NCBI GenBank assembly: GCA_958295815.1
Contig: OY282374.1
Coordinates: 1,863,917 to 1,927,916, forward strand
Direction: 5' to 3'
DNA length: 64,000 bases
Source: Candidatus Poribacteria bacterium
GTDB taxonomy: Bacteria; Poribacteria; WGA-4E; WGA-3G
This document shows, one piece after another, positions 9,534 through 18,708 of the stretch (positions are counted from its first letter, which is position 1; every line of letters begins with the position of its first letter). The translations under genes were made by a program, and so were the position numbers. The notes below the pieces were generated by a model that saw nothing but the letters and a program-made list of their open reading frames with translations, had not been told where the DNA came from and did not search any database.

Positions 9534-10885
9534 GCGGCAGCGATGCAGTCCCCTTCTAATGCACCCAGTGTGACGCTTTGGATCTGGTTAATCGCACTCT
9601 CTGGCGCATCCACGAGGACCCGAAGATAGTTGTCCGTAAAACCGGCGAGATGATTGTTTTTACCCTCTCTGCTTGCTTCGATGAGCACCTCTTTCTGTTT
9701 CCCAAGCATCCTTTGTCGAAATGCTGTATTGAGGCGGTTGCCTAATGCAATCATTGCTTGGCTCCGTGCAGCAGAGATGTGCGGGGATACCTGATCTGGG
9801 TAAGTCGCTGCGGGTGTGCCTTTTCGGGGGGAATAACGGAACACATGGAGTTGACTGAATCCGATCTCTTCAACGAATCGGCAGGATTCCTCAAAGTGTG
9901 CGTCTGTTTCACCGGGAAACCCGACCATAATATCGGTGGTAATCCCGACATCGTCGCCGAAAACGCGTCGCAAATTCTCGACGAGATGTGCGAATTCTGC
10001 TGTTGTGTAACGCCTGCGCATCCGTTGCAATATCCCATCTGAGCCGGCTTGGAGGGGTAGATGGAAGTGTGGCATACATTTTGGGAGTGCTGCCATCCGT
10101 TCACCGAGGGTATCAGGGAAATACATCGGTTCGATTGAGCTAAAACGGATCCGTTCGATACCGTCAATGTCGTGGATGTACTCTAAAATGTTAGCGATGT
10201 CTTTGTCCCTGTCGGTGTCCACACCGTAGGCACCCAGATGAACGCCGGTGATGACGACCTCTTTGATACCGCTGTCAGCGATACGGTGTGCTTCGTCAGC
10301 GATGTCGCTGAGTGGACGACTCGTCATTCTGCCGCGTACATAAGGGATAATGCAATACGTACAGAACGCACTGCAACCGTCTTGCACCTTGATAAGGGCG
10401 CGTGTCCGTTTACCCGCATCGCTAATCCCCTTGCTAAATCGTGCGTGTTCTCGGATAGCGTCGTGTTGAACGGGTTCAATTGCGAGAAGGGGGTTCGGTG
10501 TGTCAACCGACTCTGCAGCCGGAGATGGCGATTGGGTGTGCAATATGTCGAGATAGTCCTGAAAATCAGCTTTTTCTCGGTTGCCGAAAACAAACGTTAC
10601 ACCCGGTATCTCTTCAATTGCCTCTCGGTCACTTTCAGCATAGCAGCCTGTGACAAGCACTTTCGCGTTCGGGTGCTGTCGTATTGCTCTCCGAATGACC
10701 TGCCGTGCCTTCTGATCGGCGGTATTTGTTACAGTACATGTATTAATGAGGTAGAGGTCGGTCTCTTGACGCGAAGCCTCGTTATCAAGGACGGTATATC
10801 CATTGCGTCGAAGGGTCTCACGCATAGATTGCGTATCGTATTGATTGACCTTACAGCCCATCGTAATCAGTTTGGCGGTTTTCAT
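9530..10885 (-). CDS. mtaB: tRNA t6A37 methylthiotransferase MtaB
   Basis: GCKVNQYD, NTCTVT, KVQDGCSAFCTYCIIPYVRG, C-terminal TRAM-like GFTDNY. Confidence 0.93.
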   Translation of the reverse strand: MKTAKLITMGCKVNQYDTQSMRETLRRNGYTVLDNEASRQETDLYLINTCTVTNTADQKARQVIRRAIRQHPNAKVLVTGCYAESDREAIEEIPGVTFVFGNREKADFQDYLDILHTQSPSPAAESVDTPNPLLAIEPVQHDAIREHARFSKGISDAGKRTRALIKVQDGCSAFCTYCIIPYVRGRMTSRPLSDIADEAHRIADSGIKEVVITGVHLGAYGVDTDRDKDIANILEYIHDIDGIERIRFSSIEPMYFPDTLGERMAALPKCMPHFHLPLQAGSDGILQRMRRRYTTAEFAHLVENLRRVFGDDVGITTDIMVGFPGETDAHFEESCRFVEEIGFSQLHVFRYSPRKGTPAATYPDQVSPHISAARSQAMIALGNRLNTAFRQRMLGKQKEVLIEASREGKNNHLAGFTDNYLRVLVDAPESAINQIQSVTLGALEGDCIAAA

Positions 10886-11007
10886 GCGTCTCTTACCGTT
10901 TTAGGTATCAATTGGTTTCGTTTCTATCTTCTGAATAAATATTATACTTGGTTTTTACCCGAATTGCAAGTGAGTTAGGAGTTGGAATGATGGAATTAAA
11001 GCAGGTC

Positions 11008-11037
11008 AAAAAAATAGGCGGGCACGAAGACCCGCCT
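11008..11037 (-). terminator. Rho-independent terminator
   Basis: AGGCGGG-N8-CCCGCCT stem followed by a T run on the minus strand just after the oxidoreductase stop. Confidence 0.7.
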
Positions 11038-11048
11038 TGCAGAAAGAT

Positions 11049-12017
11049 TTACGATAATTCAACCGATTTACCGGTGCGTGCACATTCGTAGATAGCCATG
11101 TTGAGAGCGACGGAACGTCTGCCTTCATAACCATCGACTGCCGGTGAGGCACCATCGTGGATGACACGAAGGGCATCCTCAATCACGTTGTTCGGGTAGG
11201 GCGGTAGTTCGATTTCGGGTTCATCATCGACGAATTCCCAGATTTCCGGTCCAAGCCCAACAATGCCTTTTTCGCCGTGGACATGAATCATTGAGACGCT
11301 GCTGCCGGGGAATGTTGTCGTTGTTAGGACGTGACCGAGCGCACCATTTTCAAATTCAAGAATCGCCGAGGTCATGTCTTCAGTTTCACAATTTTCGTGA
11401 TCGTAGACATCGAAATGTGCCCCAATAACCCGTTTGACGGGACCCATGAACCAGAGCATTAAATCAACGTAATGCACACCTTGGTTCATGATAGAGCCGC
11501 CACCGTCGAGTGCCCACGTACCGTGCCAACCGACGTAGTAGCTATCTGGACGTTTCCATTTCATACGGAGTTCGCACAGGAGCGGTCTGCCGATACCACC
11601 GGTTGTAAGCACGTGTTGGATTTGACGATTGTGCGTGCCGTAGCGTTCACCGAAGTCGACCAACAGTTTGACATCGTTGTCTTCGCAGGTTTTGATGAGG
11701 GAGTTGCAATTTTCAACGCTGACGTCCATCGGTTTTGTAGTGATGACGTGTTTGCCGCGGCGTGCTGCTTCTTCCCCAAATTTTCCGTGGAGTCCACTCG
11801 GGGTCATAATCATAGCCACGTCTATATCGTCTCGGTCGAACATCTCAAGCGCATCGTCGTGGCTTTCGCAGTCGAAACGTTCTTCAGCCGTTTTACGCCG
11901 TTCTTCGACAAGGTCCGCCACAGCGACGAGTTCGGCACCGTCTGTTTCATGAATTACATTGGAGCGGTTCATGCCCATACCTAAACCGACAACGCCAAAA
12001 CGTAGAGTATTAGCCAT
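11049..12017 (-). CDS. Gfo/Idh/MocA family oxidoreductase
   Basis: GVVGLGMG Rossmann motif, KHVITTKPM, GGGSIMNQGVHYVD. Confidence 0.92.
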   Translation of the reverse strand: MANTLRFGVVGLGMGMNRSNVIHETDGAELVAVADLVEERRKTAEERFDCESHDDALEMFDRDDIDVAMIMTPSGLHGKFGEEAARRGKHVITTKPMDVSVENCNSLIKTCEDNDVKLLVDFGERYGTHNRQIQHVLTTGGIGRPLLCELRMKWKRPDSYYVGWHGTWALDGGGSIMNQGVHYVDLMLWFMGPVKRVIGAHFDVYDHENCETEDMTSAILEFENGALGHVLTTTTFPGSSVSMIHVHGEKGIVGLGPEIWEFVDDEPEIELPPYPNNVIEDALRVIHDGASPAVDGYEGRRSVALNMAIYECARTGKSVELS

Positions 12018-12185
12018 TAGAAATTCTCCTTTTATAGTTGTCAGTTATCAATCAAAGCGTTTCCGTGGTTGTAACGAATCACTCCACTTGAGGGTCCCTG
12101 GGGAGAGGTGAATTGTTACAAGAAAACCTCTTAACTGACAACCGATAACTGGTAACTGAGAACCATTATAGCATATACACAGACT

Positions 12186-13859
12186 ATGCGTTACAATAAA
12201 TTGACGATATGGACAATCGGACTGCTGCTGATTGCCCTGATCCTTCATACCGTGCTTCAGTTCTTGAAGGCACAACCTGCTTCATCGCAGGTGGATAGTG
12301 TCCGTTTCACCGACATAACATCGGAACTTGGTGTTGAATTCCATCATGAAAACGGTGAGAGCGGAGAAAAATACTTCATTGAACCGATCGGCAGTGGGGT
12401 TGCCCTCTTCGATTTTGACAATGACAACGATTTAGATCTCTACCTCGTCAACGGCAGCGACTTGCCGGGGATAATTTCTCCCACCTTACCAACCAACCGT
12501 CTCTATCGTAACGATGGCGGCACCTTCACCGATATAACAGCAGATGCATCTGTCGGCGATACCGGCTATGGATTAGGATGCTGCGTCGGCGACTATAACA
12601 ACGATGGTTTTACCGATCTCTACGTAACGAGCTACGGCGCGAATGTCCTCTATCGCAACAACGGCGACGGCACTTTCACAGATGTTGCTGAGCATGCCGG
12701 AGTGAACAGCGAGCAATTCAGTAGTGGCTGTGCTTTTGTGGATATAGATATAGACGGCGATTTGGATCTCTATGTCGTCAACTATGTTCAGTTCGATCCA
12801 GAGACGAACCCAGAATGCACTCGACAGGGAATTCGGACGTATTGCACACCTGAAGCACTACTCGGTGTTTCGGATCTGCTTTATCTGAATAACAGCGATG
12901 GCACTTTCACGGATGTGTCCGGGAAGACTGGCATTAGCAAAGCGATGGGCAAAGGATTAGGCGTTGTCTGCGGTGATATGGATAACGATGGAGATGTCGA
13001 TATTTTTGTTGCCAACGATACCACGCCGAATCTCCTCTACCGCAACAACCAGAACGGTGTTGAGCTGACAGAAGACGCACTTTTTGCTGGTGTTGCACTC
13101 AGCGAGGAAGGGCGTGCCTACAGCGGGATGGGTGCGAATCTCGGCGATTTTGACAACGATGGCCATCTTGATATTGTAGTTACAAATTTTCAAGACCAGA
13201 CCAATAGCCTTTACCACAATGCACAGAGCGACTTTTTCACCGAAGTCAGTTTTGCTAAGGGGATTGGCGAGAAGAGTCTCCCCTATTTGGCGTGGGGTGT
13301 CGATTTCGTCGATTTCAACAACGACGGGTGGCTGGATTTGTTCATCGCCAATGGCCACCTCGATGACAACATCGCGGAAATTGATCCGATTGGGACCTAT
13401 GCGCAACCGAATCAACTTTTCCTCAATAACCGTGGGGTCGATTTTTCGGACGTAGCTGATGCAGCAATAGCGGTGCCAAAAGTCAGTCGAGGCACAGCGT
13501 TCGGGGACATTGATAACGATGGCGATATAGACATTGTTGTATCCAACCTGAAAGATTCACCGACAGTTTTGCGAAACGACGGAGACAACGCTGCACGGTG
13601 GTTAGGTGTCAAGTTAATCGGCACGCACTGCAACCGAGACGCAATTGGGGCGCGGGTAACGGTTGCCGCTAACGGCTTGACGCAGATCCGTGAGGTCAAA
13701 AGCGGTTCAGGCTACCTCAGTCAAAACGATCTTCGTTCACATTTCGGGTTAGGGAACGCTACGTCAGTTGATACACTAACAGTCCGATGGACCTGTGGCA
13801 AAATCCAAACCTTCCAAGACATTGAAACAAATCAAGTGTTTGTTATTTCCGAAAATTAG
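12186..13859 (+). CDS. CRTAC1-like FG-GAP repeat / ASPIC-UnbV protein
   Basis: N-terminal TM/signal; multiple DxDNDGxxD repeats; C-terminal NRDAIGARV...GSGYLSQ...HFGLG. Confidence 0.92.
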   Translation: MRYNKLTIWTIGLLLIALILHTVLQFLKAQPASSQVDSVRFTDITSELGVEFHHENGESGEKYFIEPIGSGVALFDFDNDNDLDLYLVNGSDLPGIISPTLPTNRLYRNDGGTFTDITADASVGDTGYGLGCCVGDYNNDGFTDLYVTSYGANVLYRNNGDGTFTDVAEHAGVNSEQFSSGCAFVDIDIDGDLDLYVVNYVQFDPETNPECTRQGIRTYCTPEALLGVSDLLYLNNSDGTFTDVSGKTGISKAMGKGLGVVCGDMDNDGDVDIFVANDTTPNLLYRNNQNGVELTEDALFAGVALSEEGRAYSGMGANLGDFDNDGHLDIVVTNFQDQTNSLYHNAQSDFFTEVSFAKGIGEKSLPYLAWGVDFVDFNNDGWLDLFIANGHLDDNIAEIDPIGTYAQPNQLFLNNRGVDFSDVADAAIAVPKVSRGTAFGDIDNDGDIDIVVSNLKDSPTVLRNDGDNAARWLGVKLIGTHCNRDAIGARVTVAANGLTQIREVKSGSGYLSQNDLRSHFGLGNATSVDTLTVRWTCGKIQTFQDIETNQVFVISEN

Positions 13860-14321
13860 CACGCATCTCTCCTGTAGAAGCGGTCTCCCGATCGCGATTT
13901 CTTTTTTTCAGAGCTTACCATCTGTGTCAACCTCATGTTCTTTTCATCGCGAGATAATTGAGATCTTCTCCGCTTTTTTGATGTACAGAGCGATGGAATC
14001 CTATTTCTATCCTATATCCTTTCCGTAACCAGTCGAATATATCACTTAGACCTACCAAGTGAACGGACCAGTTCACATTCAGACATACACTATCTTCTAT
14101 TTTTTTTTTCGTATTTTTTCGATGATTGCGATTATAATGTAAAGCTGACAAATAATGTGGTTTTTATACGCTATTTTTATTGTATAGATATTATTAAATT
14201 ACATAATTAGTTGATTTTATAGTAGAATGATACGTAAAGAGAAGTAATAATAGCACAAAATATGCTGATTAAGAATATTATGGAGAGAAATCAGACGTTG
14301 TTCTCGTAAGAGGTAGCAATT

Positions 14322-15137
14322 ATGAAAAAAGTTTTAACAACAAGCTCATTTTTAGTATTGGGTTTCTTCGGATTGTATTACGTGTTTACACTTTTCGGTG
14401 TCCGTCCTGTTGTTTCAACTTACGAGACTGTTCCTGAAAAACCGCCAGAAATAGGTATTGCTGTAGCTGATACCAATTCAGTGACACAAATGTCCTATCC
14501 AGTTGAAGACTTCACTGGGGATACTGCCTATAAGGTCATCCGGGTCATTGACGGTGACACTGTTAAAATTGACTACAACGGCAAAGCGACGAATGTTCGA
14601 CTGATTGGTGTGGACACACCGGAGACAGTACATCCCAATAAACCTGTCGAGGCTTACGGTAAAGAAGCGTCCGATTTTACGAAAAATCTGCTGCATGGTG
14701 AATCTGTCTATCTGCGGTTTGATGCCGAAAAGACAGATAAATACGACAGACTACTCGCATATCTATACCGAGTACCCGATGGGCTTTTCGTAAATTTGGA
14801 GATTGTGCGACAAGGGTATGGGCACGCCTATACCCGTTTTCCTTTTAAGCACATGGAATTGTTCCGATATTATGGAAACCGCGCACGCGAAGTAGGGAAA
14901 GGGCTATATGGGTTGTCCGAAGCAAGTAGTGGTGGTGTAATACCTCAGACAGGTGTGTCGTCAGTAGCGTCGGAAGCGGTAGATGCAGCTGCACAGAATG
15001 ATGTTTACGTCACGCGCACCGGCACGAAATATCATCGTGAAGGGTGCAGGTCATTGAGCCGAAGTAAGATCCCGCTCTCATTAGCGGAAGCGAAGCAGAA
15101 GTATAGTCCTTGTGGTAGGTGCAGTCCATCACGGTAG
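14322..15137 (+). CDS. Thermonuclease (SNase-like) with C-terminal Cys/His metal-binding domain
   Basis: RVIDGDT, VRLIGVDTPE, DKYDRLLAY; C-terminal VYVTRTGTKYHREGC...PCGRC; N-terminal membrane anchor. Confidence 0.92.
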   Translation: MKKVLTTSSFLVLGFFGLYYVFTLFGVRPVVSTYETVPEKPPEIGIAVADTNSVTQMSYPVEDFTGDTAYKVIRVIDGDTVKIDYNGKATNVRLIGVDTPETVHPNKPVEAYGKEASDFTKNLLHGESVYLRFDAEKTDKYDRLLAYLYRVPDGLFVNLEIVRQGYGHAYTRFPFKHMELFRYYGNRAREVGKGLYGLSEASSGGVIPQTGVSSVASEAVDAAAQNDVYVTRTGTKYHREGCRSLSRSKIPLSLAEAKQKYSPCGRCSPSR

Positions 15138-15146
15138 TGGAGCGAT

Positions 15147-15443
15147 ATGGTAGTCAGTGAAATCCGATCTCTATATCAAGACGAGAACGACCTCCTTCGT
15201 ACCGTCATCAAACGCGTCTACGAGAAATGGGATGCTGAACGCGAACTGTGGACACTCAAGAAGATTGAATACATTTTCGCCGATTCAGAGTTTACTATCC
15301 CATCTGATAACGTTGAGGTAAGCGTCGAAACTCGGAACGGTTGGCTGGTTCCGCCTGAATGGGAATTTATCACGGAGGAATGGGAGTATACGCGGCAGGA
15401 TGTCAACAGCGAGCGTCGTGGGCACACCTACGGTGTTGTATAA
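15147..15443 (+). CDS. Hypothetical protein
   Basis: 98-aa ORF with RBS GGAG directly after the thermonuclease gene; overlaps the convergent gene by 16 nt. Confidence 0.55.
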   Translation: MVVSEIRSLYQDENDLLRTVIKRVYEKWDAERELWTLKKIEYIFADSEFTIPSDNVEVSVETRNGWLVPPEWEFITEEWEYTRQDVNSERRGHTYGVV

Positions 15444-16342
15444 TCATCTGGATTGTTCTTCCGCCAGTTCGGAAGATACCCCTCCGTGTGTCCAAATCCA
15501 TAAGAAGGTCCAATTTGATTCACGCTTGACCAGGGCCACGCCTGCCCGCCGATAAGACGGAATTCATCTCCCTTACCGCATAACCAATAGAACATGTGTG
15601 CCACATACCTCGCGACACCGTGTCCGCCATACTCAGCCATCTGGAGATCAAAATCAGATTCTTCCTTCCAATCCCGTGTCGGGGGTACTGTCCGCCAATA
15701 ACTGTATTTCAACATGTGGCGTAATCCTTCGGCAGTCGATTCCCCGCGGCGATGCAGAATACTCTGCGAGTGGATAACAAAAGAGCCTGCCGGTCCGTCG
15801 CTTGAGATGCCTTTTTCGGCTATATCTCGACTTGTGGGGCGGATATGTGAACCCGGTAGAAGTTCTGTCGGACCCATTTCCAGCGGTGTATCTTGCGGGA
15901 AGTAGAATACTTCAACGAAATTGGTTTCGGGTCCAAAGACGTGATCCGCGTCGTGATGCCACCCTTGTGAGGGCATTGGACACTCAACACGATGGTTACT
16001 AACTAACACCGGTAATCCGACGTTCTTACCGAGCAGTGAGCGTAATGCTCCAGCGAGTTCGCGATTCAGCAGAACATGCTCGATATACCAGTCTTCCAAC
16101 AGGATAGAGCTTGGTTCGTGTGTATCCCGCATCCGTTCTAAATCGGCGTGCGTCAGCCCCTCTGGAATAAAGCACGGGTTTATCGGCAAATCACCGTTCA
16201 GATAATCACACGTACGCTGGTTAATCTCATCGGGGACAACGCCTTGAAGTTGCAAGTAGCCGTCTCTACAATACTGCAGCACTTCTGTATCCGTGAGTGT
16301 CGGCTCACAATCAAAGGTGCGGTTTGTTTCATCGTATTTCAT
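15428..16342 (-). CDS. PhyH family Fe(II)/2OG oxygenase
   Basis: RDGYL, WHHD (HxD), LPGSH, distal ILHRR. Confidence 0.85.
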   Translation of the reverse strand: MKYDETNRTFDCEPTLTDTEVLQYCRDGYLQLQGVVPDEINQRTCDYLNGDLPINPCFIPEGLTHADLERMRDTHEPSSILLEDWYIEHVLLNRELAGALRSLLGKNVGLPVLVSNHRVECPMPSQGWHHDADHVFGPETNFVEVFYFPQDTPLEMGPTELLPGSHIRPTSRDIAEKGISSDGPAGSFVIHSQSILHRRGESTAEGLRHMLKYSYWRTVPPTRDWKEESDFDLQMAEYGGHGVARYVAHMFYWLCGKGDEFRLIGGQAWPWSSVNQIGPSYGFGHTEGYLPNWRKNNPDDYTTP

Positions 16343-16362
16343 TGTTGATTCCCTCGCGCTTA

Positions 16363-16770
16363 TTACTTTTCCATTCTAAAAACGCCGATGCGAAAGCCGT
16401 ATCGCTTGTAAAAGGCAACGGCATCTTCATTATGGGCAAGCACGTCCAGTCTGACCTTCTTATCCGTCCATACGTTTTCATACAACCAATCAAGCAGCTG
16501 TGTGGCGATCCCTTTTCGTCGATGAGTCCTATCTACGTACAACTGCCGCATATAGTAGTGTCCACCATCATCTCTGTATAAGCAATACGCTACAATGTGT
16601 CCGTTTTCTTTTGCCGCATAACAGATATATTTGGTTGTTAACCATTCTCGCATCCGCTGGGTGAGCTGCGTTATGTTCATCGGATTGGGGTGCTGTTCAT
16701 CCTCAATGAGGCGTTCGTTCAGTTCAGCGAGTATGTCAATATCAGTGAGTTCTGCTCTAACGATTTCCAT
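16363..16770 (-). CDS. GNAT family N-acetyltransferase
   Basis: LYVDRTHRRKGIAT motif A; NEDAVAFYKRYGF motif B. Confidence 0.92.
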   Translation of the reverse strand: MEIVRAELTDIDILAELNERLIEDEQHPNPMNITQLTQRMREWLTTKYICYAAKENGHIVAYCLYRDDGGHYYMRQLYVDRTHRRKGIATQLLDWLYENVWTDKKVRLDVLAHNEDAVAFYKRYGFRIGVFRMEK

Positions 16771-17524
16771 TTTTGTAATCTTCTATGATGGTAAAGATTG
16801 TGTCAATAACGGCTTGTTCTCCCGCTGCCCTCCGTTTTTGCTTTTCAGCATCGCTCAAAAGAATATGTTCACCCTGACTCGGATTATCAAAAACAAACAA
16901 TAACGACAGGCGTTGCATTCCGAAGTATTCTGCAACTGCGAAAGTGGTCGCTGTTTCCATGTCTACAGCAATATAGCCTTGATCAGCCCAGTCTTGAATT
17001 TCTGCTTTACCCTCTGCAAGCAGTGCAGATGTCGTCCAGATTCGGCCGTTGTGTGTAGCAATAGAGGCAGCACGTGAAGGGTGAATCCGTTCAACAAGTT
17101 CAAGTGAAGCGTTGACTTCCTGTTTATCTGGCAAATAATATTGCGCTGCCCCTTCACCGCAGGACGCCGATGTTACACAAACGATGTCGCCTGCCTGAAT
17201 ATTGTGGGTTAGTGCCCCACAACAGCCAGTCTGTATTACCAAGGATGTTCCCAGCACACCAAAGAGATGTGTGATTTCAGATGCCATCGCGTCCCCATAT
17301 ACGGAAGCATAACCGACATCTATATTTTTATAACTCCCGATCAGTACGTCCTCGAAGATACCATTGGGTGAACCGACTTCGAAAATGTCTGTGAACAAAG
17401 CACTATACTTGTCGTAATTCGCTTTTAGGTTACGTGTTCCTCGGAGTAATAGGATTGTCGGGATCCTGTTCTCAGGGATGTTTAAAAGCGACAGCCATTC
17501 AGTTTTTGTTAGCTCCTTGAGCAT
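16757..17524 (-). CDS. Nucleoside phosphorylase (PNP/UDP) family protein
   Basis: IQTGCCGAL...GDIV, IAVDMETAT, VFDNP motifs. Confidence 0.8.
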   Translation of the reverse strand: MLKELTKTEWLSLLNIPENRIPTILLLRGTRNLKANYDKYSALFTDIFEVGSPNGIFEDVLIGSYKNIDVGYASVYGDAMASEITHLFGVLGTSLVIQTGCCGALTHNIQAGDIVCVTSASCGEGAAQYYLPDKQEVNASLELVERIHPSRAASIATHNGRIWTTSALLAEGKAEIQDWADQGYIAVDMETATTFAVAEYFGMQRLSLLFVFDNPSQGEHILLSDAEKQKRRAAGEQAVIDTIFTIIEDYKNGNR

Positions 17525-17546
17525 TATATGTTTCCTGCGAATCCTG

Positions 17547-18359
17547 CTACACGGTTAACGTCACATTATCCTGTTTGACGAGATCCTTGATTTCCCATTC
17601 TGAACCGTAAGCCGCCAACGCTTTTGTTTCTGGAGAGAGTCGATCCATCACTTCCGGTGGAAACTGTTCGCGAATGCCGCGTTGGTCGAGAAAAAACTGT
17701 GTCTTATACCGCAAAATCAAAAATCGCCGATCCCGATCTTTCGGCTTCCACACCAGCACGCCGTGTGTCAACATCTCAGTCATAAGTACAACATCTCCGG
17801 CTTTGGGTGTTATATTAACGAGAGCGGGATGAAGCGGGACATCAGGATTGTCAGATTCAGGAAAAAACAGATCCTCTGGACGTTCAAACTCACTTTTGTG
17901 GGAACCCGGTAAGACGATCAAACCGCCGTCACCCGGATGGACATCCGTAAAATAAAAGAAAGCAGCAATGTCGTTCGTGAAAATTTGATCGTTTTTAACG
18001 CCATACCGTCGCGTCCAACGGAAACCTTCACGCGCACAATGGAGCGGTGTCATCTCTTGTCGTTCGTGTGTATTCACAACAAGCGAGCCGCGATTGAAAC
18101 GCGGTTTATTCCAAGTCAGTTCTTTGATGAGGGGCCATGTGGTAGGATGCAGAGTCAACGCCTCGAGCGATTTATCGGCGGAGAACCCATTTGAAAAACC
18201 CTCACCACCGCTACTAATTCCGGGTGGCAATTCATCTGACGATGCTTGTACAAGCCGTTCGATGGCTGCCTGTGTGTTGCTAAGTTCTTGCGATGTTAGG
18301 ACATTCTCTAAATGCAGATAGCCGCGCAGGTCAAAGAGATATTTCTGTTTCGGTGTCAT
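17547..18359 (-). CDS. PhyH-fold Fe(II)/2OG enzyme with non-canonical H-x-A motif (halogenase candidate)
   Basis: YLFDLRGYL, LHCAR in place of HxD, GGLIVLPGSHK, KAGDVV...LTHG, RRFL. Confidence 0.8.
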   Translation of the reverse strand: MTPKQKYLFDLRGYLHLENVLTSQELSNTQAAIERLVQASSDELPPGISSGGEGFSNGFSADKSLEALTLHPTTWPLIKELTWNKPRFNRGSLVVNTHERQEMTPLHCAREGFRWTRRYGVKNDQIFTNDIAAFFYFTDVHPGDGGLIVLPGSHKSEFERPEDLFFPESDNPDVPLHPALVNITPKAGDVVLMTEMLTHGVLVWKPKDRDRRFLILRYKTQFFLDQRGIREQFPPEVMDRLSPETKALAAYGSEWEIKDLVKQDNVTLTV

Positions 18360-18708
18360 ATCTGTCCCTCAAGTTATTTTTCTTGCGGGATATGATATAA
18401 AGGATTGCATTAAATTTCAAGGTAATTTACTATGGTATGCATGACCAATGGGTTCAATTCCAACTATCCCAACGTTACTTTCTGTAGTGTATGAGAATGA
18501 GTAATGAATTGTATATTAGGCACATTTGCCTAAGAAGGGGACCTCATGTTTAACCAAACACTTAGGTCTATCTATAAACCTTTAGCACTTGGCTTAAGGT
18601 AAGATCGCTGTTACATGCGGAAGGATAAAAGTTGGGCAATAAGGAAAAACACTTTTAGGTGCGTAGTAGCACATCACTTGCATTACTACCTCCTATTTTC
18701 ATTTTCAC

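Noticed and set aside
18546-18602. Tiny ORF MFNQTLRSIYKPLALGLR with a purine-rich RBS
   Set aside because: Only 18 codons; could be a gene remnant or chance, with no supporting evidence.
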